Assembly: GCA_964473155.1 (NCBI GenBank)
Contig: CAYYNT010000009.1
Span: forward strand, 17,121 to 81,120
Reading direction: 5' to 3'
Length of the DNA: 64,000 bases
DNA from: an uncultured Gemmatimonadales bacterium
GTDB lineage: Bacteria > Gemmatimonadota > Glassbacteria > GWA2-58-10
The notes beneath the pieces are model-generated. The model was not told where the DNA came from, made no database searches, and saw only the letters and a list, made by a program, of their open reading frames with translations. This document shows, one piece after another, positions 21,308 through 30,692 of the stretch. Both the position numbers and the translations under genes were made by a program. Numbering within the stretch: the stretch's first letter is position 1; every line of letters starts with the position of its first letter.

Positions 21308-22531
21308 ATGCGGGGAGGAACTATCAGCGGAAAAATGGTCGCACTTCTGGCGGCGAGACTCATTCTGGCAGTGATGCCCGCTGGTCTTTACGCTCAGGAC
21401 AAGGCCCAGAGCGCCGAAAAGCCCAAAAGCCCCCTGGAGTCTTTCACTCCGGAACTCACCGGATTCATGTATTACAGCCTTGATGCGAGCGATGGCGCGG
21501 ATAAAGCCAATTCGTTCGACATCTCCCGAGTCTATATGGGCGGCAAGTTCGCCCTGTCGGACAAATTCACTTTCCGCTACCTCTCGGACATCGGGCATGA
21601 GACCGGCGGCGGCAAGTTCGAGATGTTCACTAAATATGCCTACCTCGACTGGAAATTCAGTAAATCAGCCGCTCTGACTATCGGTCTCCAGGGCACTAAA
21701 AACTTCGGCGTCGAGGAAAAGGAATGGGGCTTCCGAGTGATCCGCAAGGCCCCGATGGAGTCATTCGGCGATTTCTGGGGAACGAAGACCTACTTCGCGG
21801 CTATCGACAGCCGGGTCAAAACGCTCAACGGTGGCGACGAAAGCGACAAAGCTCTGGCAGTCAAGCTCGGTCAGCAGAAAGCGGCGTTCGCCTGGAGCGC
21901 CCGAAACAAGATGGGGTCCTCCGCCGACCAGGGTGTCAGCCTGTCGCTGAAGCAAGATGCCGACTCATATATCGACATCATGGTGATCAACGGGGATGGG
22001 TACAAGAAAGCCGAGGACGACAAGTATAAAAACTTCCAGTTCCGAGCGGGACGCTATCTGGCCGGGAAGAAAGTCCACCTTTCAGCTTATTTCGAGTTCG
22101 AGCCGTGGAGCTACACAGACAGTCTCAGCGGCAAAAAAAGCTACAGCAACAGGCAGTGGGACCTGATGGCCACCTTCTCCTCCAAGGACAAGGGGCTTCT
22201 CGGGCTGAACTACAACGGCAAGACATTCGCGGGCAGCTTCGAGGACATCACGGCCTCCTGCTTCTCGATATTCGGCAACGTTAATCTGGGCCGCCCGGAC
22301 ACAAAATTTCTGGCCCGCTACGACTACTACAGCAGCGGTTTCAACCAGACCGGCGTTCTGGCTGCTGGAGCGGCGGACCTCAAAACAAACGGCGGCCTGT
22401 TCATCCTGGGTCTGGATTACGCGCCGACCAGCCGCGTGCATATCGTACCGAACGTGCAGATTCTGGACTACGAGAATTCAGCCACGAAAACAAGCAGCCT
22501 GTTCTATATCCACATGCTCGTAACGCTGTAA
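21308..22531 (+). CDS. Outer-membrane porin, phosphate-selective porin O/P-like
   Basis: Signal peptide (MVALLAARLILAVMPAGLYAQ), then alternating amphipathic beta-strand pattern throughout, with Lys/Arg-rich loops. It sits adjacent to the PstS-family gene. Confidence 0.5.
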   Translation: MRGGTISGKMVALLAARLILAVMPAGLYAQDKAQSAEKPKSPLESFTPELTGFMYYSLDASDGADKANSFDISRVYMGGKFALSDKFTFRYLSDIGHETGGGKFEMFTKYAYLDWKFSKSAALTIGLQGTKNFGVEEKEWGFRVIRKAPMESFGDFWGTKTYFAAIDSRVKTLNGGDESDKALAVKLGQQKAAFAWSARNKMGSSADQGVSLSLKQDADSYIDIMVINGDGYKKAEDDKYKNFQFRAGRYLAGKKVHLSAYFEFEPWSYTDSLSGKKSYSNRQWDLMATFSSKDKGLLGLNYNGKTFAGSFEDITASCFSIFGNVNLGRPDTKFLARYDYYSSGFNQTGVLAAGAADLKTNGGLFILGLDYAPTSRVHIVPNVQILDYENSATKTSSLFYIHMLVTL

Positions 22532-22540
22532 TGGATTATA

Positions 22541-22583
22541 AAAAGGCCCTCTTCCAGATTCATGGAGGAGGGCCTTTCTCATT
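22541..22583. terminator. Rho-independent terminator between convergent porin and FAD-oxidoreductase genes
   Basis: aaggccctcttcc / ggaggagggcctt forms a 12/13-bp stem with an 8-nt loop. An A-run upstream and a T-rich tail downstream follow. Confidence 0.5.
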
Positions 22584-22649
22584 ACGGTTATATCTTGATC
22601 TCTTCAAAATCATAAATCGGATGTGACATATCTTCGGCGGCAGCCTGCC

Positions 22650-24515
22650 TCAACTGTAGCACCGCACCTCGAACACGCGGGCCTCCGGCGCGCCGTTGGT
22701 CGCGGACACCTCCAGGCGCACGGCGTCGCAGCGCAAATCCTTGAACAGGTGCACCCTCTTGCGCTGGTAATTTCCACTCTCCGTAGCCAGAACCTTCCAG
22801 GCGCCGTCCACGCGTCCCTCGATGCGATAGTCGCGCACCGTTTCAGGCTGCGGGCCTTCGTGCATGGACTTATTGATCCTGTCCTCATGGGTCAGGGTAA
22901 GAAGGCGCGAGAGGCCGGTGTCGAAAGACAGATGCAACTCCCGCAGGGCCTGTCCCTTCCCGAACTCCAGAGTCAGCGCGGCTTTTCCGGGATCGAGGGA
23001 TTGCGAGCGCCACTGGTGCGAATCGCCTCCGGCTCCGCGCGCCACGCCGTCTGTCACCCGCCGCGCCTCGCACCCTTTCTGCTCGCTCCCGGCGGACACT
23101 TTCGCCCCGCGGGCAAAATCGCGTTCATCACGGTTCGGTGTGCCGATCAGGTAGGCATCCTGACGGAGCAGGGTCTGCTTGACCGTCTCGATGTCATCCC
23201 GGCCGAATTCACGGGTGAGACGGCCGGTCCGCGCGGCGTGCGCCGCCGCCACACCCGCGCCCTGCCCCATGACCGCACAGGTGGCCATCACCCGTGTAGA
23301 GCAGAACGCCACATGGCTGGCGCTGGCCTGCCGTCCGGCGAAAAACAGGTTGCCGACTCGGCTGGAATACAGCGACCGCAGGGGAATAGTGTAAAGTTTG
23401 TCCAGTTCGGACTGGTAGAAAAAGTCATCGTTCTTGCGGTAAAAGCCCTCGCGGTGGTGATGGTCTATCGGCCAGCCGCCGAACGCCACCTCATCGTCAA
23501 AGACACGCCCGGAGGTGAGATCATCCTGGCGCAGCCAGTAAGCCCCCTCCAGCCGGCGGCTCTCGCGGCGCGCGGGGATGAACCCGAACCAGTCCAGGGC
23601 CCAGTTTTCCGCACCGTGGTCCCCACGGTTCTTGATATGGTCCCACACACCCATCAGAATCTTGATCAGCTCCTCGCGGATGCGGTTGTCATCCTTGATC
23701 GTATCGAGCATGCCGCCCCATTCCAGCCACCAGTAGCCGTACTCGTAGTTTTCGTGGCCGCGGCCAAGCTGCTCGTCCGTTTCATAGCGGTACGCCCAGT
23801 CCGGGGTTATGAATTTCATCGGGCGTCCGAAATCACGGGCCTGGAACAGGAGCGTGCTGCCGAGCGTATATGGCTCGGCTTTCTCGGGGGCCAGGGACTC
23901 ACCGAACTCCGCACGCGCCTCGCAGCCCACGCGGAACGGGTTGCCGGCCAGCACTCCCAGCGTGCCGTCACCGGTGCAGTCCACGAACTGGCTGCCCTCG
24001 ATAACGAGTTTTTCCTCGCGTCGCATGTCGTAACACTCTATGGATACAATCCTGTCTCCGGACATGCGGCAGCCGGTGAGGACCGTGTTCAGCAGAAGAG
24101 CCAGTCCCGGCTGATAGAAAGCCTTTTCCCAGAGGATCAGGTCCCACATCGCGGCGGAGCGCTGGGGGTTGCGGACCTGGTTCTCAAGGCGCAGTTCCTC
24201 GAGGATACCGGTCTCTCGACTGTCCGGGATACCGGTGGAGTTGGCCCCGCAGATATGCATCCGTACCTCGCTGGAGGAATTGCCCCCCAGCACCGGACGG
24301 TCCTGCACGAGCACCACGCTCACTCCGGCCCTGGCCGCGGCGATCGCGGCGCACACTCCGCTCATCCCGCCGCCCGCCACCACGACATCCGCCTGAACTG
24401 TTCCGTCAGCTTTAGCCGATCCGTTTTCAGCCGCTTGTACAATCAATGGACCAGCGGCCAGAGCACCACCCAGACCAAGCGCGCCGGATGTTTTGAGAAA
24501 ATCTCTTCTCTGCAT
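22650..24515 (-). CDS. Tat-exported FAD-dependent oxidoreductase (PUL-associated FAD_oxidored family) with C-terminal beta-sandwich domain
   Basis: Tat motif MQRRDFLKTSGALGLGGA. FAD dinucleotide fold DVVVAGGGMSGVCAAIAAARAG.V.LV. I chose the ATG at 24515; the track ORF extends 51 nt upstream and would overlap the next gene. Confidence 0.7.
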   Translation of the reverse strand: MQRRDFLKTSGALGLGGALAAGPLIVQAAENGSAKADGTVQADVVVAGGGMSGVCAAIAAARAGVSVVLVQDRPVLGGNSSSEVRMHICGANSTGIPDSRETGILEELRLENQVRNPQRSAAMWDLILWEKAFYQPGLALLLNTVLTGCRMSGDRIVSIECYDMRREEKLVIEGSQFVDCTGDGTLGVLAGNPFRVGCEARAEFGESLAPEKAEPYTLGSTLLFQARDFGRPMKFITPDWAYRYETDEQLGRGHENYEYGYWWLEWGGMLDTIKDDNRIREELIKILMGVWDHIKNRGDHGAENWALDWFGFIPARRESRRLEGAYWLRQDDLTSGRVFDDEVAFGGWPIDHHHREGFYRKNDDFFYQSELDKLYTIPLRSLYSSRVGNLFFAGRQASASHVAFCSTRVMATCAVMGQGAGVAAAHAARTGRLTREFGRDDIETVKQTLLRQDAYLIGTPNRDERDFARGAKVSAGSEQKGCEARRVTDGVARGAGGDSHQWRSQSLDPGKAALTLEFGKGQALRELHLSFDTGLSRLLTLTHEDRINKSMHEGPQPETVRDYRIEGRVDGAWKVLATESGNYQRKRVHLFKDLRCDAVRLEVSATNGAPEARVFEVRCYS

Positions 24516-24546
24516 GTGGTCTCCGTCAAGTCCAATATTCATCCGC

Positions 24547-26682
24547 TTAAAAAGAGATGATGACATTCACCGGCGTCTGTCCCGGCGCATCCGTCACCAG
24601 CAGACCGTTAGCCGGGTCGAACTCGAATGCAACCGCCGCTCCACCGGCAGTAACCGCCGAGGGCCCATTCTGGCAGTAGAACGATATCCTCCCGCCGGAC
24701 GTGATCCTGGCCATGTAACTGCCATCCGCCTGCCAGCCGAAGCTTTCGAAGATGCCGGCGCTGTTGTACATGTCCGTACGGCCCAGGGGCGCGACTCCCC
24801 GGTCGATCAGCGCGACGGTGCAGACCTCGAACTCTCTCTGCCCCAAACTTAACGGCCAGCGCCCGGCGTAATCACGCACGGAAAGCTCTCTTTTGGAGAA
24901 TGACCAGACCGCGAACCGGCCGTCTTTTGGAATTCCCTGAATAAGCGACACGCTCAGAGTGTCCTGCACGGTTATGGCATTCAGGCTGTCCCAGCGGCAG
25001 TTCCAGGCCCCCAGGACCCAGGCGCCGTCCAGGTTGCGGTTGAAAATTTTCAGCGCCACGTCCTCGGACTGCGGATCGCGGAAAAGGATGTCCGGCGTGG
25101 GCAGGGCCGGTGTGGGACACCGCAGCACCCGGCCATCCGGCAGGCTGATCCGGGCCAGAAGCTTCGAGTCCTGCTCTCCGGGACGGTCGGAGAGATAGAC
25201 CGGTCCACCGGAGATGGCGCGCGCGGAGGCATGATAAGCGCCCCAGGCATGGCCGGACTTGAACATGTCCCAGTCCGGGAGAACGAGCTGACCGGTCATC
25301 AGGCTGTTGTAGGCGTTGACTGTCAGGTGCTGGCCGTGGGTTTCCGGCTGGTCCGGGAAATAGTCGTTTGAATTGCGCGTGACGCTGGAGGTCATGGCCT
25401 GGAAGAGAGCGTCCGATCCCAGTCCCATGCAGTTGATAACGCTGCCCGGGGAAAACAGGCTGTCCACCGAGGATTCCAGAGCGCGCTTGTAAGCGCCCAT
25501 AACATCCGCCAGAGGCCCCGCTCCATAAGTCATGAATTCCAGGTGTGACTGGTTGTCCACCTTGACGCCGGTCACTCCCTGAGCGGCAAGCCAGCCATGG
25601 TATGCGGTGAAGAACGCTTTTATATCCTCCGGAACCACCGCGTTGAAGACCAGCGGGACCCATTCCTGAGTCGATTTGTTCAGCGGGCGGTTGGACTTGC
25701 CGATGGTGTTCCAGGCGCGGAACGGTTTCATCTCCGCCGCCGAGGTGTCGATTCCGTGCCAGTAGCCCTGAAATGTCTGCCAGACCAGGAAATCAGCAAC
25801 TCCGTACTTTTCGCGCGCCTCGGATACCGTGGCGGCCAGCCCCTGCGGGAACTTCTCACGGTTTTCCGCCAGGCCGGTGAGCCAGGTCTTTTCCTCGAAG
25901 AACCCGTACTCGACAGCCTGCTGCCACCCGTCATCCAGCACCAGCCAGCCAAGCCGTGTCCCGTCCTTCTCGAACGATTTCAGCCCATCCAGCACGCCCT
26001 GGTGCGTGACCGCATGATAGAAAGAGTTCCAGGTGCACCAGCCCAGCGTCTCGATCCAGCGGGGCGGAGTTTTTTCGGCGCGCAAACGGCCCAGTCCCAT
26101 GGTATGCACGGCAATGGCGAAAGCGCTGTCGAGCATTGCGTACGGATCGTCTCCCAGCGCGATATAAGCTCCGCGCAGTTCTATCCCTGTCTCGCCCGCG
26201 GGCATGTTGTTGTCCGCGGTCAGCATCAGGGCGCCATCCGCCCCGCCCGCGTTCATCCGGTAGCCCTTGTCGATGAGCGGCAGGATAAGCCCCACCTTGC
26301 CGTCCGCACGCCGCCACAGAAGACATTGCACTTCCAGCGGTAACTCAGCCTCATTCGAACCGTGCAAAGGGACCATCCACCAGGGCAGTTCACGGTACAG
26401 GGCGGTGAACCGTTCCATGCCGGCCAGATGCATCCCGGTCCAGCGGAAATAGCCGTTTTCGCTTTGGCCGGTGCGAAGCGAGAGAAACACTCCGCGGCTT
26501 GTATTGCCTTCCGCGGCGACATCCATTCCATCCGGCAGGCCGGTCAGCACCGGCTGCCCATCCAGACGGAGCGTTCCCCCGTCCACGCTCCAGGGCAGTT
26601 GAACAGCGTTCCGGTTCGGGCTTGAACAGGCGAGAACGGCAAGAAGGACAACAAAAACGGGGATTGTGCAGCACTTAACCAT
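24547..26682 (-). CDS. GH36-clan glycoside hydrolase, raffinose-synthase/Sip1-like alpha-galactosidase family
   Basis: WCTWNSF, LVLDDGWQ and GVKVDNQ motifs are diagnostic of the GH36/raffinose synthase family. A lipoprotein-like signal sits at the chosen start (MVKCCTIPVFVVLLAVLACSS). Confidence 0.7.
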   Translation of the reverse strand: MVKCCTIPVFVVLLAVLACSSPNRNAVQLPWSVDGGTLRLDGQPVLTGLPDGMDVAAEGNTSRGVFLSLRTGQSENGYFRWTGMHLAGMERFTALYRELPWWMVPLHGSNEAELPLEVQCLLWRRADGKVGLILPLIDKGYRMNAGGADGALMLTADNNMPAGETGIELRGAYIALGDDPYAMLDSAFAIAVHTMGLGRLRAEKTPPRWIETLGWCTWNSFYHAVTHQGVLDGLKSFEKDGTRLGWLVLDDGWQQAVEYGFFEEKTWLTGLAENREKFPQGLAATVSEAREKYGVADFLVWQTFQGYWHGIDTSAAEMKPFRAWNTIGKSNRPLNKSTQEWVPLVFNAVVPEDIKAFFTAYHGWLAAQGVTGVKVDNQSHLEFMTYGAGPLADVMGAYKRALESSVDSLFSPGSVINCMGLGSDALFQAMTSSVTRNSNDYFPDQPETHGQHLTVNAYNSLMTGQLVLPDWDMFKSGHAWGAYHASARAISGGPVYLSDRPGEQDSKLLARISLPDGRVLRCPTPALPTPDILFRDPQSEDVALKIFNRNLDGAWVLGAWNCRWDSLNAITVQDTLSVSLIQGIPKDGRFAVWSFSKRELSVRDYAGRWPLSLGQREFEVCTVALIDRGVAPLGRTDMYNSAGIFESFGWQADGSYMARITSGGRISFYCQNGPSAVTAGGAAVAFEFDPANGLLVTDAPGQTPVNVIISF

Positions 26683-26699
26683 CGGGAACGCTCCGGGTC

Positions 26700-27578
26700 T
26701 CACTGTTTTTTGATCAAAACGTATTTTTCCGGAAGGTTGAACGTGATTGTCCGGCCGGTGAAGAAATTCCATCCGATACGGCCGTCATAGATCATAGCCG
26801 GCGTGAACCCCACGGTTGGGTTATTGAGCCCCACGCCATCCGCCCAGGCCAGGGAGATGTATTCCAGGCGGCCGCTCCAGGCGAGCTTTTTGTCTCCCTT
26901 TTCATCGATCCCCAGCCACTGGGTCTTTTCCAGCACTTTGAGAATGTTCAGGAAACGCTCATCGAAAGTGGTGGGAGCGCCGGTGTCGAAAAGGCATTCC
27001 AGCACCTTGCCCTCCGGCGCGGAAACGTCAAAAAACACCTCCAGGCTTTTGCCTCGGTCATCCCGTGTCTTGACCGGCACAATCTGGCTGTCCTGCAGCC
27101 TTCGGCTGAAAGAGAGGCTGTCCTCGAAAATCATGCGGCGTGCGGAAAAATCCAGTGTCACTATCCTGTCACGGAAAAAGGACGCTGAAATCACTCCATC
27201 GACCCCGGAGCTGTCGAGCATGTCCCAGACCGCCACCGCGGGGGCCGGTTGTACTCCCCCTCCGATTCTCAGAGAGGGTATCTCGTAGAGCTGACGGTCC
27301 TGCCGGACGCCATCGGCCTGGAAGCTCGTGTACGTGCCGAGCCGCAACGAGGGCGCCGCCCTGAAAGCGCGCCACGAGAGCATGTGACATCCCGCCCCGG
27401 TGTCCAGCACGAAACGGGCTTTGAGCGTGTCTCCAATCATACCCTGCACAAGAATCGTTCCCTGTGGAGTTATCTCGAGTGGCACGGAATCGCTCTCCGA
27501 GGCCAGTGAAACCCCGCTGAAGAACACCAATAAAACACAGGCGGACAGACAGGGGAGAAAACATTTCGGATTCATCTC
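26700..27578 (-). CDS. Secreted aspartic protease with two retropepsin-like lobes (two DTGA motifs in one chain)
   Basis: Signal peptide MNPKCFLPCLSACVLLVFFSGVSLA. FVLDTGAGCHML and LFDTGAPTTF are two aspartyl-protease active-site motifs ~140 aa apart. Confidence 0.6.
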   Translation of the reverse strand, partial: EMNPKCFLPCLSACVLLVFFSGVSLASESDSVPLEITPQGTILVQGMIGDTLKARFVLDTGAGCHMLSWRAFRAAPSLRLGTYTSFQADGVRQDRQLYEIPSLRIGGGVQPAPAVAVWDMLDSSGVDGVISASFFRDRIVTLDFSARRMIFEDSLSFSRRLQDSQIVPVKTRDDRGKSLEVFFDVSAPEGKVLECLFDTGAPTTFDERFLNILKVLEKTQWLGIDEKGDKKLAWSGRLEYISLAWADGVGLNNPTVGFTPAMIYDGRIGWNFFTGRTITFNLPEKYVLIKKQ

Positions 27579-27694
27579 GACAGCTCTCCTGTTGACATAC
27601 CTATATTCAGGTTCATTCTCATATCGTGTTACCGAAGCAGGAACCGGAATGAGAATATAACCGGACAACCCTCAGGCGCAAGCCTTTCATGGAT

Positions 27695-28351
27695 TTACAC
27701 GCTTTTTCTTCCGGCCCACTGGAAAGCGCGGGCCGGGTTGCCATTCATGGTGACAACCTGGAATTCGCTCCAGAGCAGCGGTTCGAACCCGGCCAGAAGC
27801 GAATCGAGCCAGGGACGGTCGTGATGACGGAGCACCGCGCCCTCGGGCAACTCGAACACGCCGTACTTTCCGTAGACAGCCAGGCCTTTTTCGTAGCGCT
27901 CCAGGTTGCGGCTGTCGGACTGAAGGAGATAATCGCTGATATAGAACACACCTCCCGGCCGCAGCACGCGGGCCGCCTCGGCGGCAATGCCGCGCTGGCC
28001 GCTGTCCGTGGGCACGCAGGTCAGGACCGCAAAAAGCAGCACACAATCGAAACTATTGTCAGAAAACGGTAGTGAACCGCTGTCAAGCAGACGGTAATCC
28101 GGGCCGGGATATTCAGTTCCTGCGCGCTCCAGCATGGCCGGGGAAGGGTCCACTCCGCTCAAGCGCGTGTAGCCCAGCGCTGCCAGCCCGCCCAGGACAC
28201 GTCCCCAGCCGCAGCCGTAATCCAGTATTGCGGCCTCCGCAGGAACGTGCTCGCGCAGGAACGCCTCATTCAGCGGGTGGTTGAATGATTTGCCGCGCGC
28301 CGCCCGGTCCCAGTACTCCACCTGACAGGACAGCTTTTCCTGATCGCGCAT
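27695..28351 (-). CDS. Class I SAM-dependent methyltransferase (Methyltransf_11-like)
   Basis: Motif I ILDYGCGWGRV, motif II FDCVLL, motif III LRPGGVFYI. The ATG at 28351 has a GGGGGAAG RBS. Confidence 0.75.
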   Translation of the reverse strand: MRDQEKLSCQVEYWDRAARGKSFNHPLNEAFLREHVPAEAAILDYGCGWGRVLGGLAALGYTRLSGVDPSPAMLERAGTEYPGPDYRLLDSGSLPFSDNSFDCVLLFAVLTCVPTDSGQRGIAAEAARVLRPGGVFYISDYLLQSDSRNLERYEKGLAVYGKYGVFELPEGAVLRHHDRPWLDSLLAGFEPLLWSEFQVVTMNGNPARAFQWAGRKSV

Positions 28352-28373
28352 CGCACTTCCCCCGGACTGCATT

Positions 28374-28411
28374 GAAAACGAAAGGGGCGGGCATAGACCA
28401 GCCCCGCCCCT
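28374..28411 (-). terminator. Rho-independent terminator downstream of the ADP-ribosylglycohydrolase-family gene
   Basis: ggggcggg / cccgcccc forms an 8-9-bp GC stem, followed on the minus strand by tttcgtttt. Confidence 0.5.
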
Positions 28412-28441
28412 TAATATCAGAGCAGTTCAAGTACAGCTTCT

Positions 28442-29929
28442 TCATTGATAGACAAGAAGATGCCTGAGCATGGGAACCCCCTCGCCGCCGATCTTTCTAA
28501 GCTCCAGCACATGCTGGCCGCTCTCAAGATCATAATTCCAGAACAGCGGCGTGCGGCGGTCGTGAAACTCGGCGGAAAGGGTGACCTTTTCGACCTGCCT
28601 GCCGTCAACCAGAACCTCACATTCCGCCAGGCCGCTGCTTCCCCCTAATCCGCCATCCACCACGAAAGCGCGGCCGGTGAAAGTCGTGCTCCAGGTCTTT
28701 GTCAGAAGAGCATCGTCAAGCGGACGCAATTCCACGGGAGTCAGCCCCTCGAACGCCACCTCCAACGTGTCGGGAGCCGACGGCTTCTCGCGGTTGATGA
28801 CCCAGGAATTCTCCTGGACCGAGCCGCCCCCGCGCGTGACCAGCTCGGAGGCCAGACGGTAGTTGACCTCGTAGACTTCATTCAGGCTGTAGTCGCAGTA
28901 GTCGAATTTCTTATCCTCGATGCCCTCGAAACCGGCCTTCCACTGCTCGGGAATTTTGCTGTAGCCCAGCAAAGTGCCCAGCACGCCCCCGGCATTGGAC
29001 GGGTTGCAGTCAGAGTCCTGGCCGCAGCGGGTGGCAATTTCGATGGTCCGGCCGAAATCCCCCTGACCGTACAGAAGGCCGATAACTATATAGGCCCCGT
29101 TCAGCTTGGCGTCGATATTGCCGGGCAACATCACGCTTTCCGGGCAGCCTGTGTCTTCGGCCCACTTCTTCTGGACCTCGTACCAGCAGGTTTTCCAGTC
29201 TTTCGGGTTCTCGCGCCACCAGCCGATCACATCGCTTATGCAGCGGGCGTAGCCACTGGCAGGGGGGATGCTCTGCAGGGCTTTTTCCACCACGCGCACG
29301 ATATCGGATTCCACATAGGCATGGGAATACATGGCCGCCACGAACATTCCGCCATAGACCCCGTCGCCGTAGTTCATGATATGCCCCACCCGTTCACAAA
29401 GATTCACGGCTGTGGCCGGCAGGGCCGGTGTCAGCAGGCCGATGAAGTCGGCCTCGATCTGGAAGTCGATGTCATCCGCATGGGGGTTGTTCTTCCAGTG
29501 GCCGCTGGCTGGCGGCATGATCCCGTGCAGAATGTTCCAGCGCCCGGCCTGGTTGGCATGCCAGAGGTCGAAACCCGCATTGGCGAACTTGAGCGCCAGG
29601 GCCTCGGAGGAAGCGTCCAGTCCCAGGCTGTCGAACACGGCCAGGAACGAGAGGTCCATGTAAAGATCGTCGTTGTTGTAGTACCTTTCGAGTTGTTCGG
29701 CGCTGTAGTTCAGATTGACATAATCCGTGATCCAGGCGCCCTCCCAGCGAAACTCGGTCGGGCCGCCGTAGCAGACTCCGATAGTCTGCCCGGCCCAGCC
29801 GCCGCGTATCTTATCACGCATCACCTTATCGCTGATCCTCACCGTGGGTGACTCGCCGCCGGAGCAACCGGCCAGTATCACTGCCGCCGTGAAAAAAACA
29901 ACTGCTTTGAGGATAGACATCCTGGACAT
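28442..29929 (-). CDS. ADP-ribosylglycohydrolase-family lipoprotein with C-terminal beta-sandwich (carbohydrate-binding-like) domain
   Basis: Lipoprotein signal AVVFFTAAVILAGCSG. The core shows GG.AGQ.IGV..G, a Glu/Asp-rich metal site pattern, and RCGQDSDCNPSNAGGVLGTLLG resembling the C-terminal DraG/ARH motif. The ATG (MSRMSILK) has a GAGGAG RBS. Confidence 0.5.
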   Translation of the reverse strand: MSRMSILKAVVFFTAAVILAGCSGGESPTVRISDKVMRDKIRGGWAGQTIGVCYGGPTEFRWEGAWITDYVNLNYSAEQLERYYNNDDLYMDLSFLAVFDSLGLDASSEALALKFANAGFDLWHANQAGRWNILHGIMPPASGHWKNNPHADDIDFQIEADFIGLLTPALPATAVNLCERVGHIMNYGDGVYGGMFVAAMYSHAYVESDIVRVVEKALQSIPPASGYARCISDVIGWWRENPKDWKTCWYEVQKKWAEDTGCPESVMLPGNIDAKLNGAYIVIGLLYGQGDFGRTIEIATRCGQDSDCNPSNAGGVLGTLLGYSKIPEQWKAGFEGIEDKKFDYCDYSLNEVYEVNYRLASELVTRGGGSVQENSWVINREKPSAPDTLEVAFEGLTPVELRPLDDALLTKTWSTTFTGRAFVVDGGLGGSSGLAECEVLVDGRQVEKVTLSAEFHDRRTPLFWNYDLESGQHVLELRKIGGEGVPMLRHLLVYQ

Positions 29930-30627
29930 AATCGAGGCTCCTCGGCTTGGATTGCATGTCCGGACTGCCATAAGCCGCGTTCGGCTGACAGTCGGTTTCG
30001 CGGGTAATCAATGTTAACCTGTCAAGCCTCAGGAAGCAAGCCAGAAATGCAAGGCGCAAACTCTCGATTGTCCATGTACTATGTACGGCCCGGGATTTCA
30101 GAATGGAAAAGCGCCTGTCAGACCGGCAATGAAAAAGCCATCCGAGGACATGACCTTTCGGATATCGTTGTCCAGGAGCGCGAAAAAACCCGCTGACAGT
30201 ATAAGACAGCGTCTTCCGGCAAGGTCCAGCCGCAGGCTTAGATTTATCCGGAGTTCTGAAAACGCGGCCCTGTCCAATCCTTAACAGAAACGTTTGAACC
30301 CGGATAGGGCTGTTGCACTTTCCAGACGTTTAACAGCCGAATAATCCAGAAGTCCGTTTTTCTGGTTTTGCTCACATATTCATGTTAATCCTGACAAACG
30401 GCTTATCTTTATCGAGGTAAGGACATTGCTCGGAAATACCAGTCAACTGCATTTACCATTTTATCCCGCCATCAGATTTTCTTTCTGATCTATTCTGCGA
30501 CCAAATCAAGCACAGATGTATATAAATCACCCGCGCAGTGGCATCCTTTCTTTATTTGATCAGGTTTAGATGTCAGCGTGTCCACAGATAAGAATCTATG
30601 TCATCAACCGTCCATACCAAAAGACTA

Positions 30628-30654
30628 TTGACATCGCAAGAGACAGACTATATT
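30628..30654 (+). promoter_or_regulatory. Candidate sigma70 promoter for the HTH-EIIA / Ehr operon
   Basis: TTGACA, a 15-nt spacer, then TATATT, inside an AT-rich ~400-bp intergenic island and ~40 nt upstream of the AAGAGAAGAGGG RBS. The spacer is shorter than the ideal 17. Confidence 0.3.
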
Positions 30655-30692
30655 TTATGTCTCAACCAAACACATGAAAAGAGAAGAGGGAA

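Noticed and set aside
22623-24560. 645-aa plus-strand ORF covering the FAD-oxidoreductase locus
   Set aside because: It is antisense to a gene with clear Tat signal and FAD-binding motifs. Its translation is Arg/Ala/Pro/Gly-rich low-complexity with no recognisable motif. Long antisense ORFs are expected at this GC content.
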